Positions 1-8,102 of a DNA stretch of 64,000 nucleotides are shown piece by piece. The notes beneath the pieces are model-generated. The model did not search any database. It had not been told where the DNA came from and saw nothing but the letters and a program-made list of their open reading frames with translations. Positions within the stretch are counted from its first letter, which is position 1. Each line of letters begins with the position of its first letter. The stretch is taken from contig CBDFJF010000002.1 of NCBI GenBank assembly GCA_965248265.1, forward strand, positions 2,112,001 to 2,176,000, given 5' to 3'. This DNA comes from Candidatus Latescibacterota bacterium (GTDB taxonomy: Bacteria > Latescibacterota > UBA2968 > UBA8231). The position numbers and the translations under genes were made by a program.

Positions 1-123
1 AACGCCAAAGAGTTCCCATGTGTTATCTGCGGAGCCCAGGTGGAACTCGGCACGGGCACACAGGGTGCTGGGGGTGAGAGCCAGCAGGAGGGCGCCGGTC
101 ACCAATCCGATGCGTCTTTTCAT
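1..123 (-). CDS. N-terminus of cassette protein D, copy 1 (secreted; truncated by window edge)
   Basis: Hand translation from ATG 123: MKRRIGLVTGALLLALTPSTLCARAEFHLGSADNTW. Signal peptide present; 'ARAEFHLG...W' matches 'ARSEFRLG...W' of 18628..20730; same position after protein B. Confidence 0.8.
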   Translation of the reverse strand, partial: MKRRIGLVTGALLLALTPSTLCARAEFHLGSADNTWELFGV

Positions 124-137
124 AAGTATATCGTTCC

Positions 138-3100
138 TCAGTAAGCCACGGCGATGACTCGGGAGCTCTTGCGACTGCCTTCGGCCGCATCAGCGGAGAC
201 GTCGATCTGACACAGGTAGAGGCCTGGGGGCACCAGGTTTCCTCCGTCGTCGCGACCGTCCCAGGCGATCTCCTGCTTTCCGCTCACGGTCTCGATCTCG
301 AGGCGGCGGACCGGGTCGCCGCCCAGGGTGTAGAGGCGCACGGCGACGGTGCGTGCGGTGGAGACCTTGAACAGTGAAAACCGGATCTGCGCCGCGTCGT
401 TGACGCCGTCGTTGTTGGGCGTGAAGGGATTGGGGGCGATGGCGATGTCGTCGACCAGCTTGCCCGTGTCCTCGGCGAAGATGACCAGGCTGCTGGCCGG
501 GCGCAGCGCGGTGACATCGCCCTCGCCGGCCTCCTGCCAGGGGGCGTCCACCTTGCTGTTGCGCACCGCCACGTGCAGCTGCGTGCTGGGCCCGTAGAGG
601 GCGGCGGCCACGCGCAGGCGCAGCAGCTTCCCGGGGCCGACGACGGAACCGCGCCGGTTGCCCAGGCGACGGTGATCGATCTGATCCAGGGTGTCGCCGA
701 GGCTGTTGAACACGGTCTGCTCCCCCAGGCCGGTGACGATGCGGAAGTAGCGCACTGGCCCCTGCTCCTCCTCCGGTAGCTCCTCGTAGGCGGCCCCATC
801 ATCCACCTCCTCCAGGGTCCCGTCGCTGGCGATCTGGAAGTAGCGCGTGGCGCCCCGCTCCTCCGCGATCAGCTGGGCGTGGCTATGGACGCTCAGCAGC
901 CGGCCGTCCAGCGTGGTGGGGACTTCGTCGCCGGGCTCCAGTATCCGGAAGTATTGCCTGGGAAGCACCGTCGCCTCCACGCTGTTCTGGAGGGCGTCCT
1001 CGGGCAGGTGCAGCAGCAGGGAATCCGCCCGGGTGGTCTCGGTCACCTGGAGGACCTGGCCGTCGGCATCCTGGAGGCCGTCGGCGTGGGGCCGGTCGAA
1101 GATCAGCTCCGGTTCCCCGGCACCGAGCTCCGACTCGGTGCCCACCGCCACGTCGACGACCTGGAGCGCGAGAGCCGGGTTGGCCAGCACCAGAACCTCG
1201 TCGAAGCCCGGACTGGGCTCGAGTTCGTCGTCAAAAGTCTGCACGACGAAATCGGGCTGCACGAAGACCTCGAAGGTGTCCAGGCGTCCCGGCCGGGCCA
1301 GATCGGGCCAGACCTCGGCGCCCAGCCGCTGCGCCACAGGGGTCCGCAGATCGATGCTGAGACGCCTGACGGAGGGCACCGCCTGACGGTCGTGGTTGAC
1401 GAGGCGCACCTGGAACTGCATGAAGCGGCGCAATCCCGGCGACGTGGCCGTCTCGCCCGAGCGCTCGTATTTGCGGCTCCAGGGGCTCCACCCGGGTCCC
1501 ACTACATCCGAAACGTGGATCAGACCTTTGAGTGCGCGCGGCAGGCCGTTATAGGCCTTTTCAGTTAAGGAGCAATTTCCCCCGGTGTTGCAGTAGATGG
1601 TCTCCTCCAACTTCTGAGCGCCGGTGCGCGTGCGAATCTCCACCTCGGAACCGGGGGGCGCGTCGGCTTCCCAGCGGACGGCGCCCAGCGTGAAGCTGCC
1701 GGGCAGCTCGATCAGGTCCGACTCCAGGACCGCCTCGGCGGTAGGGGCGCTGCTGAAGAGCGACATCAGCCCGATTTGGGGGGGCCGAGCGCGGCTCCAG
1801 AATCCGTGTTCGGCCCTGTCTTGGTCGTGGGCGAAGGTGATGAAGTCCAGGTAGCGGACGCGGCGGGTCGGGTCCAGCAGGTCCGCCGTACGGGCGTAGA
1901 ATCCCTGCTCGAAGTTGTTCTCCCGCTCGACGGGAGAGATCTGCTGCCACTGGAGATTGCCCTGGGGGTCCCTGGCGCCGTTCGAGCTGCGGATGAGGTA
2001 GCCCCGCGAGCGCTCGCGTTCGCCGGGTCCCGTGAGTATCCGGAGCTCGTCCAACCACACGGTGCCGCCGAGGTCGATGGTGACCGTGTTTTGCTCCGGA
2101 TGGTTCGGGAGGAAGGTCGACATCGGGTATGAGGTGGGGGCTTCGCCGTCGAACAGCAGCAGAGGATCCCCGGGACCGGAGAGTGTGCCGCCGCCCTCCA
2201 GAAAGCCCACGCCGATGTCGTCTCCCCGGCCCCAGGCCTCCACCTCGGCCAGACGCGGCAGCTCGCGGCGGTAGTACACCTGGCGGCCGCGCCGGTCTTC
2301 CGGCAGCTCGTCATAGGTCTCCTCGTCCACCGGCTCCTCGAAGTCCCCGTCCTTGAGGAAGTAGACGATGTCGCCGCGCTCGCTCGCCGGAAGGGCCTGC
2401 CACTCCTCCTGGCTGACCTCCTCCGCCCGGCCTCCGCGGGTATCGGTGACGAGGATGCGAACAACGTGCATGAGCTTGCCCCTCCACTCCGGGGAGGCCT
2501 CAAATTCATCGGGTAACCTCTTGCTTTCCTCCGACCGAGCGTCCGGGGGCAGGTCCTCACTGACCTGCGCGGCATCGAAGACGAACTCCCGCCTGTCGGT
2601 GTTCGCCCCTTCGAAGGGGATGAAGTTCTGCAGTTGGGTCGGGTCGGTCGGGTAGTAGACGCTCTGTTTCGGCCCCAGGAGCAGGATGTAGCGGTAGAAG
2701 GGATCCCCCAGGCTCTCATCGACGAAGGTCAGCCGCAGTCGCTCGAGAGGCACCGCCCAGCCCAGGTCGATTTCGACCCACCAGTCCTCTTCGGGGGCGT
2801 CCAGGTCGGGCTCCCAGAAGGTGCTCGGGTCGCCGTCGACGATGTTCTCCTTCAACCGGTCGTTCGATCCGGCGCGGCTCACGCCGGGGCGAACGGTGTA
2901 GTCATAGACGAAGTTGTCGCTCCTGTCCGTGATAATGGCGCCGGTGATGTCCCGCTTGAGCGTGCTGTCTATGTTGCTGATGCGCGCCGTCTTCTGCCCC
3001 ACCGCCACCGAGCGAGAGAAGGATTCGCCCTGTAACAAGCTGTATACGGAACGAAAGTCACGAGCCCGCACCCAGCCATTGGTCTCGACGCGGACCAGAT

Positions 3101-3305
3101 GGGTCGGCAAGGTCCAGTCCTGCCAGTGCGAAGCCCGGTCGACGATGACCCGGTCGCCGACTATCCGGTGGCCCTGCGCGTGGAGGGGGAGGGCCCCACC
3201 TGCCAGCAGCAACGGTAAGAGGCAGAGCGCGCGGGCGCACGCCCAGAACGCGTGGAGGCCCGGCCGGCGGCCGACGCTCCCTACCTGCTCTACACTTGCC
3301 TTCAT
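138..3305 (-). CDS. Cassette protein B, copy 1: ~1055-aa secreted protein with discoidin/F5-8C-like modules and C-terminal CHU_C/FlgD-Ig-like domain
   Basis: Start moved to ATG 3305 (ATGA overlap with upstream stop). Signal peptide ending ...LPLHA; NIVDGDPSTFWEP..WWVEIDLG; IRTRTG..WSPWS..SPGLRRFMQFQ; PNPFTPNNDGVND..WDGRDDGGNLVPPGLY..IAVAY. Paralog of 20743..23949. Confidence 0.85.
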   Translation of the reverse strand: MKASVEQVGSVGRRPGLHAFWACARALCLLPLLLAGGALPLHAQGHRIVGDRVIVDRASHWQDWTLPTHLVRVETNGWVRARDFRSVYSLLQGESFSRSVAVGQKTARISNIDSTLKRDITGAIITDRSDNFVYDYTVRPGVSRAGSNDRLKENIVDGDPSTFWEPDLDAPEEDWWVEIDLGWAVPLERLRLTFVDESLGDPFYRYILLLGPKQSVYYPTDPTQLQNFIPFEGANTDRREFVFDAAQVSEDLPPDARSEESKRLPDEFEASPEWRGKLMHVVRILVTDTRGGRAEEVSQEEWQALPASERGDIVYFLKDGDFEEPVDEETYDELPEDRRGRQVYYRRELPRLAEVEAWGRGDDIGVGFLEGGGTLSGPGDPLLLFDGEAPTSYPMSTFLPNHPEQNTVTIDLGGTVWLDELRILTGPGERERSRGYLIRSSNGARDPQGNLQWQQISPVERENNFEQGFYARTADLLDPTRRVRYLDFITFAHDQDRAEHGFWSRARPPQIGLMSLFSSAPTAEAVLESDLIELPGSFTLGAVRWEADAPPGSEVEIRTRTGAQKLEETIYCNTGGNCSLTEKAYNGLPRALKGLIHVSDVVGPGWSPWSRKYERSGETATSPGLRRFMQFQVRLVNHDRQAVPSVRRLSIDLRTPVAQRLGAEVWPDLARPGRLDTFEVFVQPDFVVQTFDDELEPSPGFDEVLVLANPALALQVVDVAVGTESELGAGEPELIFDRPHADGLQDADGQVLQVTETTRADSLLLHLPEDALQNSVEATVLPRQYFRILEPGDEVPTTLDGRLLSVHSHAQLIAEERGATRYFQIASDGTLEEVDDGAAYEELPEEEQGPVRYFRIVTGLGEQTVFNSLGDTLDQIDHRRLGNRRGSVVGPGKLLRLRVAAALYGPSTQLHVAVRNSKVDAPWQEAGEGDVTALRPASSLVIFAEDTGKLVDDIAIAPNPFTPNNDGVNDAAQIRFSLFKVSTARTVAVRLYTLGGDPVRRLEIETVSGKQEIAWDGRDDGGNLVPPGLYLCQIDVSADAAEGSRKSSRVIAVAY

Positions 3306-6016
3306 TGCCCCTGCTCCAGTCCAGCGTAAATGCTGATGAACGTCTGCACCGTGGTGGACGGATCCTCGCCGCGCGGATCGAAGCGTTCCACTGAGAACCC
3401 CGTCGCCATCAACATGCTGTAGCCCTGGTAGGCCGAGTTGGTGGTGACCTGGAGGCCGATGGACCGGGAGTTGAAATCCTCCGCGCGGCCGTTCAAATCC
3501 CGGGAGATGAGGTACTCGACGCCTGCCTGCAGACGGGTATCGGTCAACAGCGGCACGATAGCCAGGCCGGAAAACAGCTCCGTCAGGACGGTGCGGTCCC
3601 CGTCGTCGAAAAGGGTCCGACTGTGGTCTATATACTCGCTTTTCCACCGGGGCACAAGCTCCAGTGGCCCCAGGCGATAGGTATAGGAGGACTTGTTGAT
3701 CAGACCGAAGAAGTAGTCGGATTCGTCCAACCCGTATTCCGTCCGCTCCTGAGCGTTCAGGCGCTGGGAGAAACGGATGAAGTTGAGCTTGCTCTGCACG
3801 AAGAAGGCCCCCCGCTGCCAGTGATGGCCGGCGAAGGACTGGCTGACCCAGGTGTCCCGCGCCAGCAGCGGATCCTTCACTTCCGTGAGACGGCCAAGCA
3901 ACAGGGATTGATCGACCCGCCACTGCCACAGGTCGTCCGGAATGTCGTCGCGAACCGACTGGAGCATCCCGAAGAGACGCAGGCGTCCCCAGCGGGGCCA
4001 GGAGCGCATGAACCGCACCATCCCGTAGTCGCTGTGGTTGCGCCGAGCGGAGGCGATCGATTCGTCCCGCAGGGCCCCGGCCGTGACTTCCAGTTCAGGG
4101 GTCAGATGATATGTGCCGAAGGCGTTGAATCCGCGGTGGTCCCTGGGGTAGGGGTAGTCCGGTTCGTTGTCGTTCTCGAAGTGGTCCACCCAGTAATTGT
4201 GGTTCATGTCCACGCCGAGCAGGAATTCGGGACGGTCGGACTCGAACCGCAGGAACGGCTCCTCGTAGTCGGGAAACGTATTGGGGTTGACCCGGTTGTC
4301 GTTCTGATTGTAGTCGGGGATGAAGTCGCGGTTGCGGTCCCAGCCCGGAAACACGCGGAAGTCCCAGCCGCCCTGCGCGAAGGTGTCATAGCGGCGGAGG
4401 TCGGGTAGGCGGTCCTGGTCGTCGTTGTCGTCCACCAGGTCGTACTTCAACCGGTCGACGTTGTAGGACATGTTGCCGTTCAAGTCGGCGACGAAGCTCT
4501 GCGTATTGTAGAGAGGATCGATGCTGTAGGTCTCCCCGTAGAGGAAGAGCCGGCCGGCCTGTTTGCCGACGTTCAACATCCACGCCGGCCGGGCGCGCTT
4601 GCCGCGGATGCCAGAGGAGCCCTCCTGCTTCTCGGTGATGGGATTGGGGAACTTGCGGTAGCTCCACGACAGGTCGTACTCTCCGTACAGGTCGAAGCCC
4701 AACACGTCGCTCACTCTGAGGCTGCCGCCGACGAGGTGCGTGGCCGTGGGCAGACCGTACTCGAACTCCACTACGGTCAGATTGGAGCCGTCCTTGATGT
4801 TCCCCTCCGCCCGCTCGACCATGAGCAGCGTGTTCTGCTGGTCCGATATGACCCAGATCTGGTAGTCGTTCGCCAGGGTCATACGGAACTCGATCTGGGC
4901 GATCTCGCTGCGGTCCGCATGCGCCCGGGCGACGAAGGAAGGATCGGTGAGGTCGTAGGTCAGGCGGATCTCGTCGTTCCCATTGGCGTCGAGAAAGCCC
5001 TGGCCGGGGACCCCGCCCTGCACGACAGGCTCGAAGCGGATGTCCTTGCCGGTGTCGCGCTGACCGTCCACGTAGGTGATGATGATGTCGGACCCGGCCG
5101 GGAAGAAGGTCGCGCCGCTCTCTTCGTCCTCCGGCGAGTCGTCCCGCAAGACGACCTCGATCCGGGTCACTTGCTGGTTCATGGCCTCCGGGATGGTCCC
5201 GGATATCATGTTGTCCACGAGCTGTTCGTTCTGACTGTTGGACTGGTGGGCATTGGCCATGTGGACTCCCAGCTCCACGAAATCGCCCACCTGCGCCACG
5301 AGGCGACCCCCGATGATGGTCGTGACGTCGGTGCGGGGACGCGGTTCCTCCCGCCAGCCGATGCCCCCCTGGGAGTAGAGGAGGGTGGCGCTGTACTTGT
5401 TGGTCATGAAGTCGAGCTGCACGCCGTTGTACCGGGCCTTCGAGAAGACCAGCGGAGTCAGGGTCGTGCGCAGGTCGCGGCCGACGGTGAGGGCATAGCG
5501 ATACTGACCTTTCGACTCGGAGGCGACGGCGACGCCGCCGAACCATTGGTTCATGCGCGAGGCCTCGACGATGACGTGGCCCGACTCCGTGGGGGTCGTC
5601 TGACTGGCGTTGTAGAGCAGCCAGCCCTGGGTGAGGAGGTTGCCGTAGAGGTCGTAGAACGCATCTCCGGCAGGGTCCTCTACGTAGCCTTGGGCGGGGG
5701 CGGGCTCCCCGACGTAGCGGGAGTACGGGTCCCGAGCGTAGTTGATGGTCTCCCAATTCCGCCACGCGTACTCCGCCTGGAGCTCCTGCGGCGCGTACCA
5801 CCTGCGCATCGTCGGGTTGACCGTCTCCATCAGGACCACGGGCCCCTGGGGTCCGAAGCTGCGAATCCCCGCCTGGGTCTCACCCAGCCGGGCGCCGTAA
5901 TCGACCTGGGCGCCCGCCGTATCGAGGCCGATGACGGAGCCTGCCAGGAGTAGGATAGAGACCAACCTCAACGTCGTGCTCGAGCTCTTCTGTCGGGTCC
6001 GGTGGTCCTCTTTCAT
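3302..6016 (-). CDS. Family A protein (A2, copy 1): 904-aa exported protein with acidic Ca-binding-like block and predicted C-terminal beta-strands (putative outer-membrane protein)
   Basis: Signal peptide then QVDYGARLG; RTTLTPLVFSK; DDNDDQDRLPD..FPGWD..PDYEEPFL..DYPY; C-terminal FISIYAGLE(QGQ). Six paralogs in the window. Confidence 0.85.
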   Translation of the reverse strand: MKEDHRTRQKSSSTTLRLVSILLLAGSVIGLDTAGAQVDYGARLGETQAGIRSFGPQGPVVLMETVNPTMRRWYAPQELQAEYAWRNWETINYARDPYSRYVGEPAPAQGYVEDPAGDAFYDLYGNLLTQGWLLYNASQTTPTESGHVIVEASRMNQWFGGVAVASESKGQYRYALTVGRDLRTTLTPLVFSKARYNGVQLDFMTNKYSATLLYSQGGIGWREEPRPRTDVTTIIGGRLVAQVGDFVELGVHMANAHQSNSQNEQLVDNMISGTIPEAMNQQVTRIEVVLRDDSPEDEESGATFFPAGSDIIITYVDGQRDTGKDIRFEPVVQGGVPGQGFLDANGNDEIRLTYDLTDPSFVARAHADRSEIAQIEFRMTLANDYQIWVISDQQNTLLMVERAEGNIKDGSNLTVVEFEYGLPTATHLVGGSLRVSDVLGFDLYGEYDLSWSYRKFPNPITEKQEGSSGIRGKRARPAWMLNVGKQAGRLFLYGETYSIDPLYNTQSFVADLNGNMSYNVDRLKYDLVDDNDDQDRLPDLRRYDTFAQGGWDFRVFPGWDRNRDFIPDYNQNDNRVNPNTFPDYEEPFLRFESDRPEFLLGVDMNHNYWVDHFENDNEPDYPYPRDHRGFNAFGTYHLTPELEVTAGALRDESIASARRNHSDYGMVRFMRSWPRWGRLRLFGMLQSVRDDIPDDLWQWRVDQSLLLGRLTEVKDPLLARDTWVSQSFAGHHWQRGAFFVQSKLNFIRFSQRLNAQERTEYGLDESDYFFGLINKSSYTYRLGPLELVPRWKSEYIDHSRTLFDDGDRTVLTELFSGLAIVPLLTDTRLQAGVEYLISRDLNGRAEDFNSRSIGLQVTTNSAYQGYSMLMATGFSVERFDPRGEDPSTTVQTFISIYAGLEQGQ

Positions 6017-6038
6017 GGAAACCTCATAGTTCAGAGCG

Positions 6039-8102
6039 CTAGTACGCTATCCCCACCGTGCGCGCGGCTGTGCTGGAGCGATCGTCGCCCTCTATCTCCA
6101 ACCGCACGATGTAGAGTCCCTGGGGCAGCAGGTCGCCGTGGTCGTCTTTCCCGTCCCAGTTGAGGCCGGTGTAGGGGCCGTTGTCTCCGTTCTGTTCGAA
6201 GATCGTCGCTACGCGCCGGCCGCTGATATCGAAGGCCGCGATCCGGATGTCGGCTCCCAACACGGTGAGCACCTCGAACCTCAGACCCAGGAGGTCGTTG
6301 GCCCCATCGTCGTTGGGCGTCAAGACGGGGTTGTCCAGGGTGAAAGCCCCGATCAGTCCGGTGCTGCTCACCCCCGAGCTCAAGACCGTGACTCCGGAAT
6401 CGAAGGCGGCGTCGTCCTCGTCCAGAAGGGCGGCCTCTCCCGACTGGATCCACTGGAATGCGTCGGTCCCCTCGACGGCCCCTCGGCCACTGAAGTCGTT
6501 GCTGTAGGCGAAGATCCGGGTGACGAAGTGGATCTTCAAAATCGTGTCGTCCTCCTGGATGTGAGGAAAACGCACGGTGAACCCCCCATCGGTGATGGAG
6601 GTGATGGCCGCGTCGCCTTCATCGGTGATATCATTCTGCACGGCGAAGGTGTGGTCCAGGAGGCTCTCGCCGCTGGCGTCTGTGATCTCCAGGCGCTCGA
6701 TGCGCTCGACCGGTCCCGGTGTCGACATCTCGAAGCTGTTGAAGCCCTGGACCTCCTGGCCCTGCATTTGTGCGCGCACCGCGTAGACGAAAGAGACATC
6801 GCGGGCGGCTTCCACGTCGCGGGGGAAGATCTCGGCCACCAGGGCATCCGCCAGCGCGGGTCGGGTGAACTCGAAGGAGACTCCGTTGAGGACGTTTGTG
6901 GAGAACAGCTCTTGGCTCGAGAAGTCGACCTGGAACTGGAGGTAGGTCCTCGGTGCCGGAGAGGTGTTGCGGACACCCGTCGAGCTCACGGCTTGGTCGA
7001 TCGAATACGGCGGGGACCACGGGCTCCAGTTGTCCAGGTCGGCCTCTATGGCCCCGCGCTCCCACGGATCGGCCTGTGTCCCGTCGACGGGCAGGGAGCG
7101 GAACTCCTGCCGGGACATCGGCTCGCCCGGGTTGTCGACGGAGAAGGGGATATCCTCCGCGCTCGGGTTGCCCACCTCCCGCCGGTTGTAGACGAAGGGC
7201 GTTTCGTCGCCGCCCGTGCGCGTGCGGATGGTGACGTCCGTCCGCGTCGAGTCTCCCAGGATGGTCCTGTCCAGATGAATCTGTCCCCAGTTGCTCGGTC
7301 TGCCCAGGTCGACGACGGGCGACAGGTACTGGGCGGTCGGGAAGTACCCATCCCCGAAGATCTGGATCTTCTCGATCTCGAAGGGGATGGCCTCCGAGGC
7401 GCGGAGGCGGATGAAGCGGAGGTACCGGGCTGGATCGAAATCGATGGAGGTCACGGGTTCGGGGTTGTTCGTGACCGTCAGGAACGACTCCCAGGTTCCC
7501 AACGCCGGCGTCCCGGCCTCGTTCAGCTGCACACCGTCGTGGACCCGAAGCTCGAAGTTCCTCAGGTAGTCATTCTGGAACGGTGTGGTGGGAGAGGGAA
7601 AGAACGTGTTTCGGGGGAAGAAGCGAATGAGGCGGACACCGACGGTGGCGCCCATGTCCACGGTGATGAGGGTGCCCAGGACGATGTCCCCCTTGCGCTC
7701 GAAGGCCTCCCCATTCGGGTCCTCGGTCAGGAGGCCTTCCAGGAGCTGCGCCAGCAAGCCGGGGGAAAGATCGTTGGACGTCGGCGAAAGGATGCTGCCG
7801 CCCTCCAGGATCAGCTTGGAGGCCAGGTTCTCCTCCCTGTCCAGCTGCAGGGGCAGCAAGGCTTCCGAATGGTCGGGATGGTCGAGCTCGATGCGCCCGC
7901 CGGGAGCGATGCCGATGTCGGTTGTGGTCGGGTCGAGGGCAGGGACGTACTCCGGCGGGGAAGTGTCGACGTCCTGCAGTCTGGAGACCTCGCCCTCCCA
8001 GGTGACGTTGCCGTCCTGGCCAAAGCGCAGCTCCTCGCCCCCCGACAGGGAAGGCGCCAGAAGGGCCGCCATCCCGAGGATGGAGAGAGTCCGTATCCGC
8101 AC
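6039..8102 (-). CDS. Cassette protein C, copy 1: 687-aa secreted protein with discoidin-like module and CHU_C/FlgD-Ig-like C-terminal domain
   Basis: GTG start overlaps upstream TAG; signal peptide; VDMG..IRFFPRN; IRTRTG..WSPWS..YLQFQV; LTPNDDGAND..WDGKDDHGDLLPQGLY..VGIAY. Confidence 0.85.
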   Translation of the reverse strand: MRIRTLSILGMAALLAPSLSGGEELRFGQDGNVTWEGEVSRLQDVDTSPPEYVPALDPTTTDIGIAPGGRIELDHPDHSEALLPLQLDREENLASKLILEGGSILSPTSNDLSPGLLAQLLEGLLTEDPNGEAFERKGDIVLGTLITVDMGATVGVRLIRFFPRNTFFPSPTTPFQNDYLRNFELRVHDGVQLNEAGTPALGTWESFLTVTNNPEPVTSIDFDPARYLRFIRLRASEAIPFEIEKIQIFGDGYFPTAQYLSPVVDLGRPSNWGQIHLDRTILGDSTRTDVTIRTRTGGDETPFVYNRREVGNPSAEDIPFSVDNPGEPMSRQEFRSLPVDGTQADPWERGAIEADLDNWSPWSPPYSIDQAVSSTGVRNTSPAPRTYLQFQVDFSSQELFSTNVLNGVSFEFTRPALADALVAEIFPRDVEAARDVSFVYAVRAQMQGQEVQGFNSFEMSTPGPVERIERLEITDASGESLLDHTFAVQNDITDEGDAAITSITDGGFTVRFPHIQEDDTILKIHFVTRIFAYSNDFSGRGAVEGTDAFQWIQSGEAALLDEDDAAFDSGVTVLSSGVSSTGLIGAFTLDNPVLTPNDDGANDLLGLRFEVLTVLGADIRIAAFDISGRRVATIFEQNGDNGPYTGLNWDGKDDHGDLLPQGLYIVRLEIEGDDRSSTAARTVGIAY

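Noticed and set aside
138-460. Flagellar hook-capping FlgD annotation for B/C/D
   Set aside because: Only the Ig-like tail is similar; the proteins have Sec signals and there are no flagellar genes nearby.
3306-3929. 208-aa N-terminal extension of ORF 138..3929
   Set aside because: Overlaps the family A gene in another frame; the real start at 3305 has ATGA coupling and a signal peptide. Similar extensions were trimmed for 10126, 20743, 47949, 49668, 50823, 54318 and 58019.
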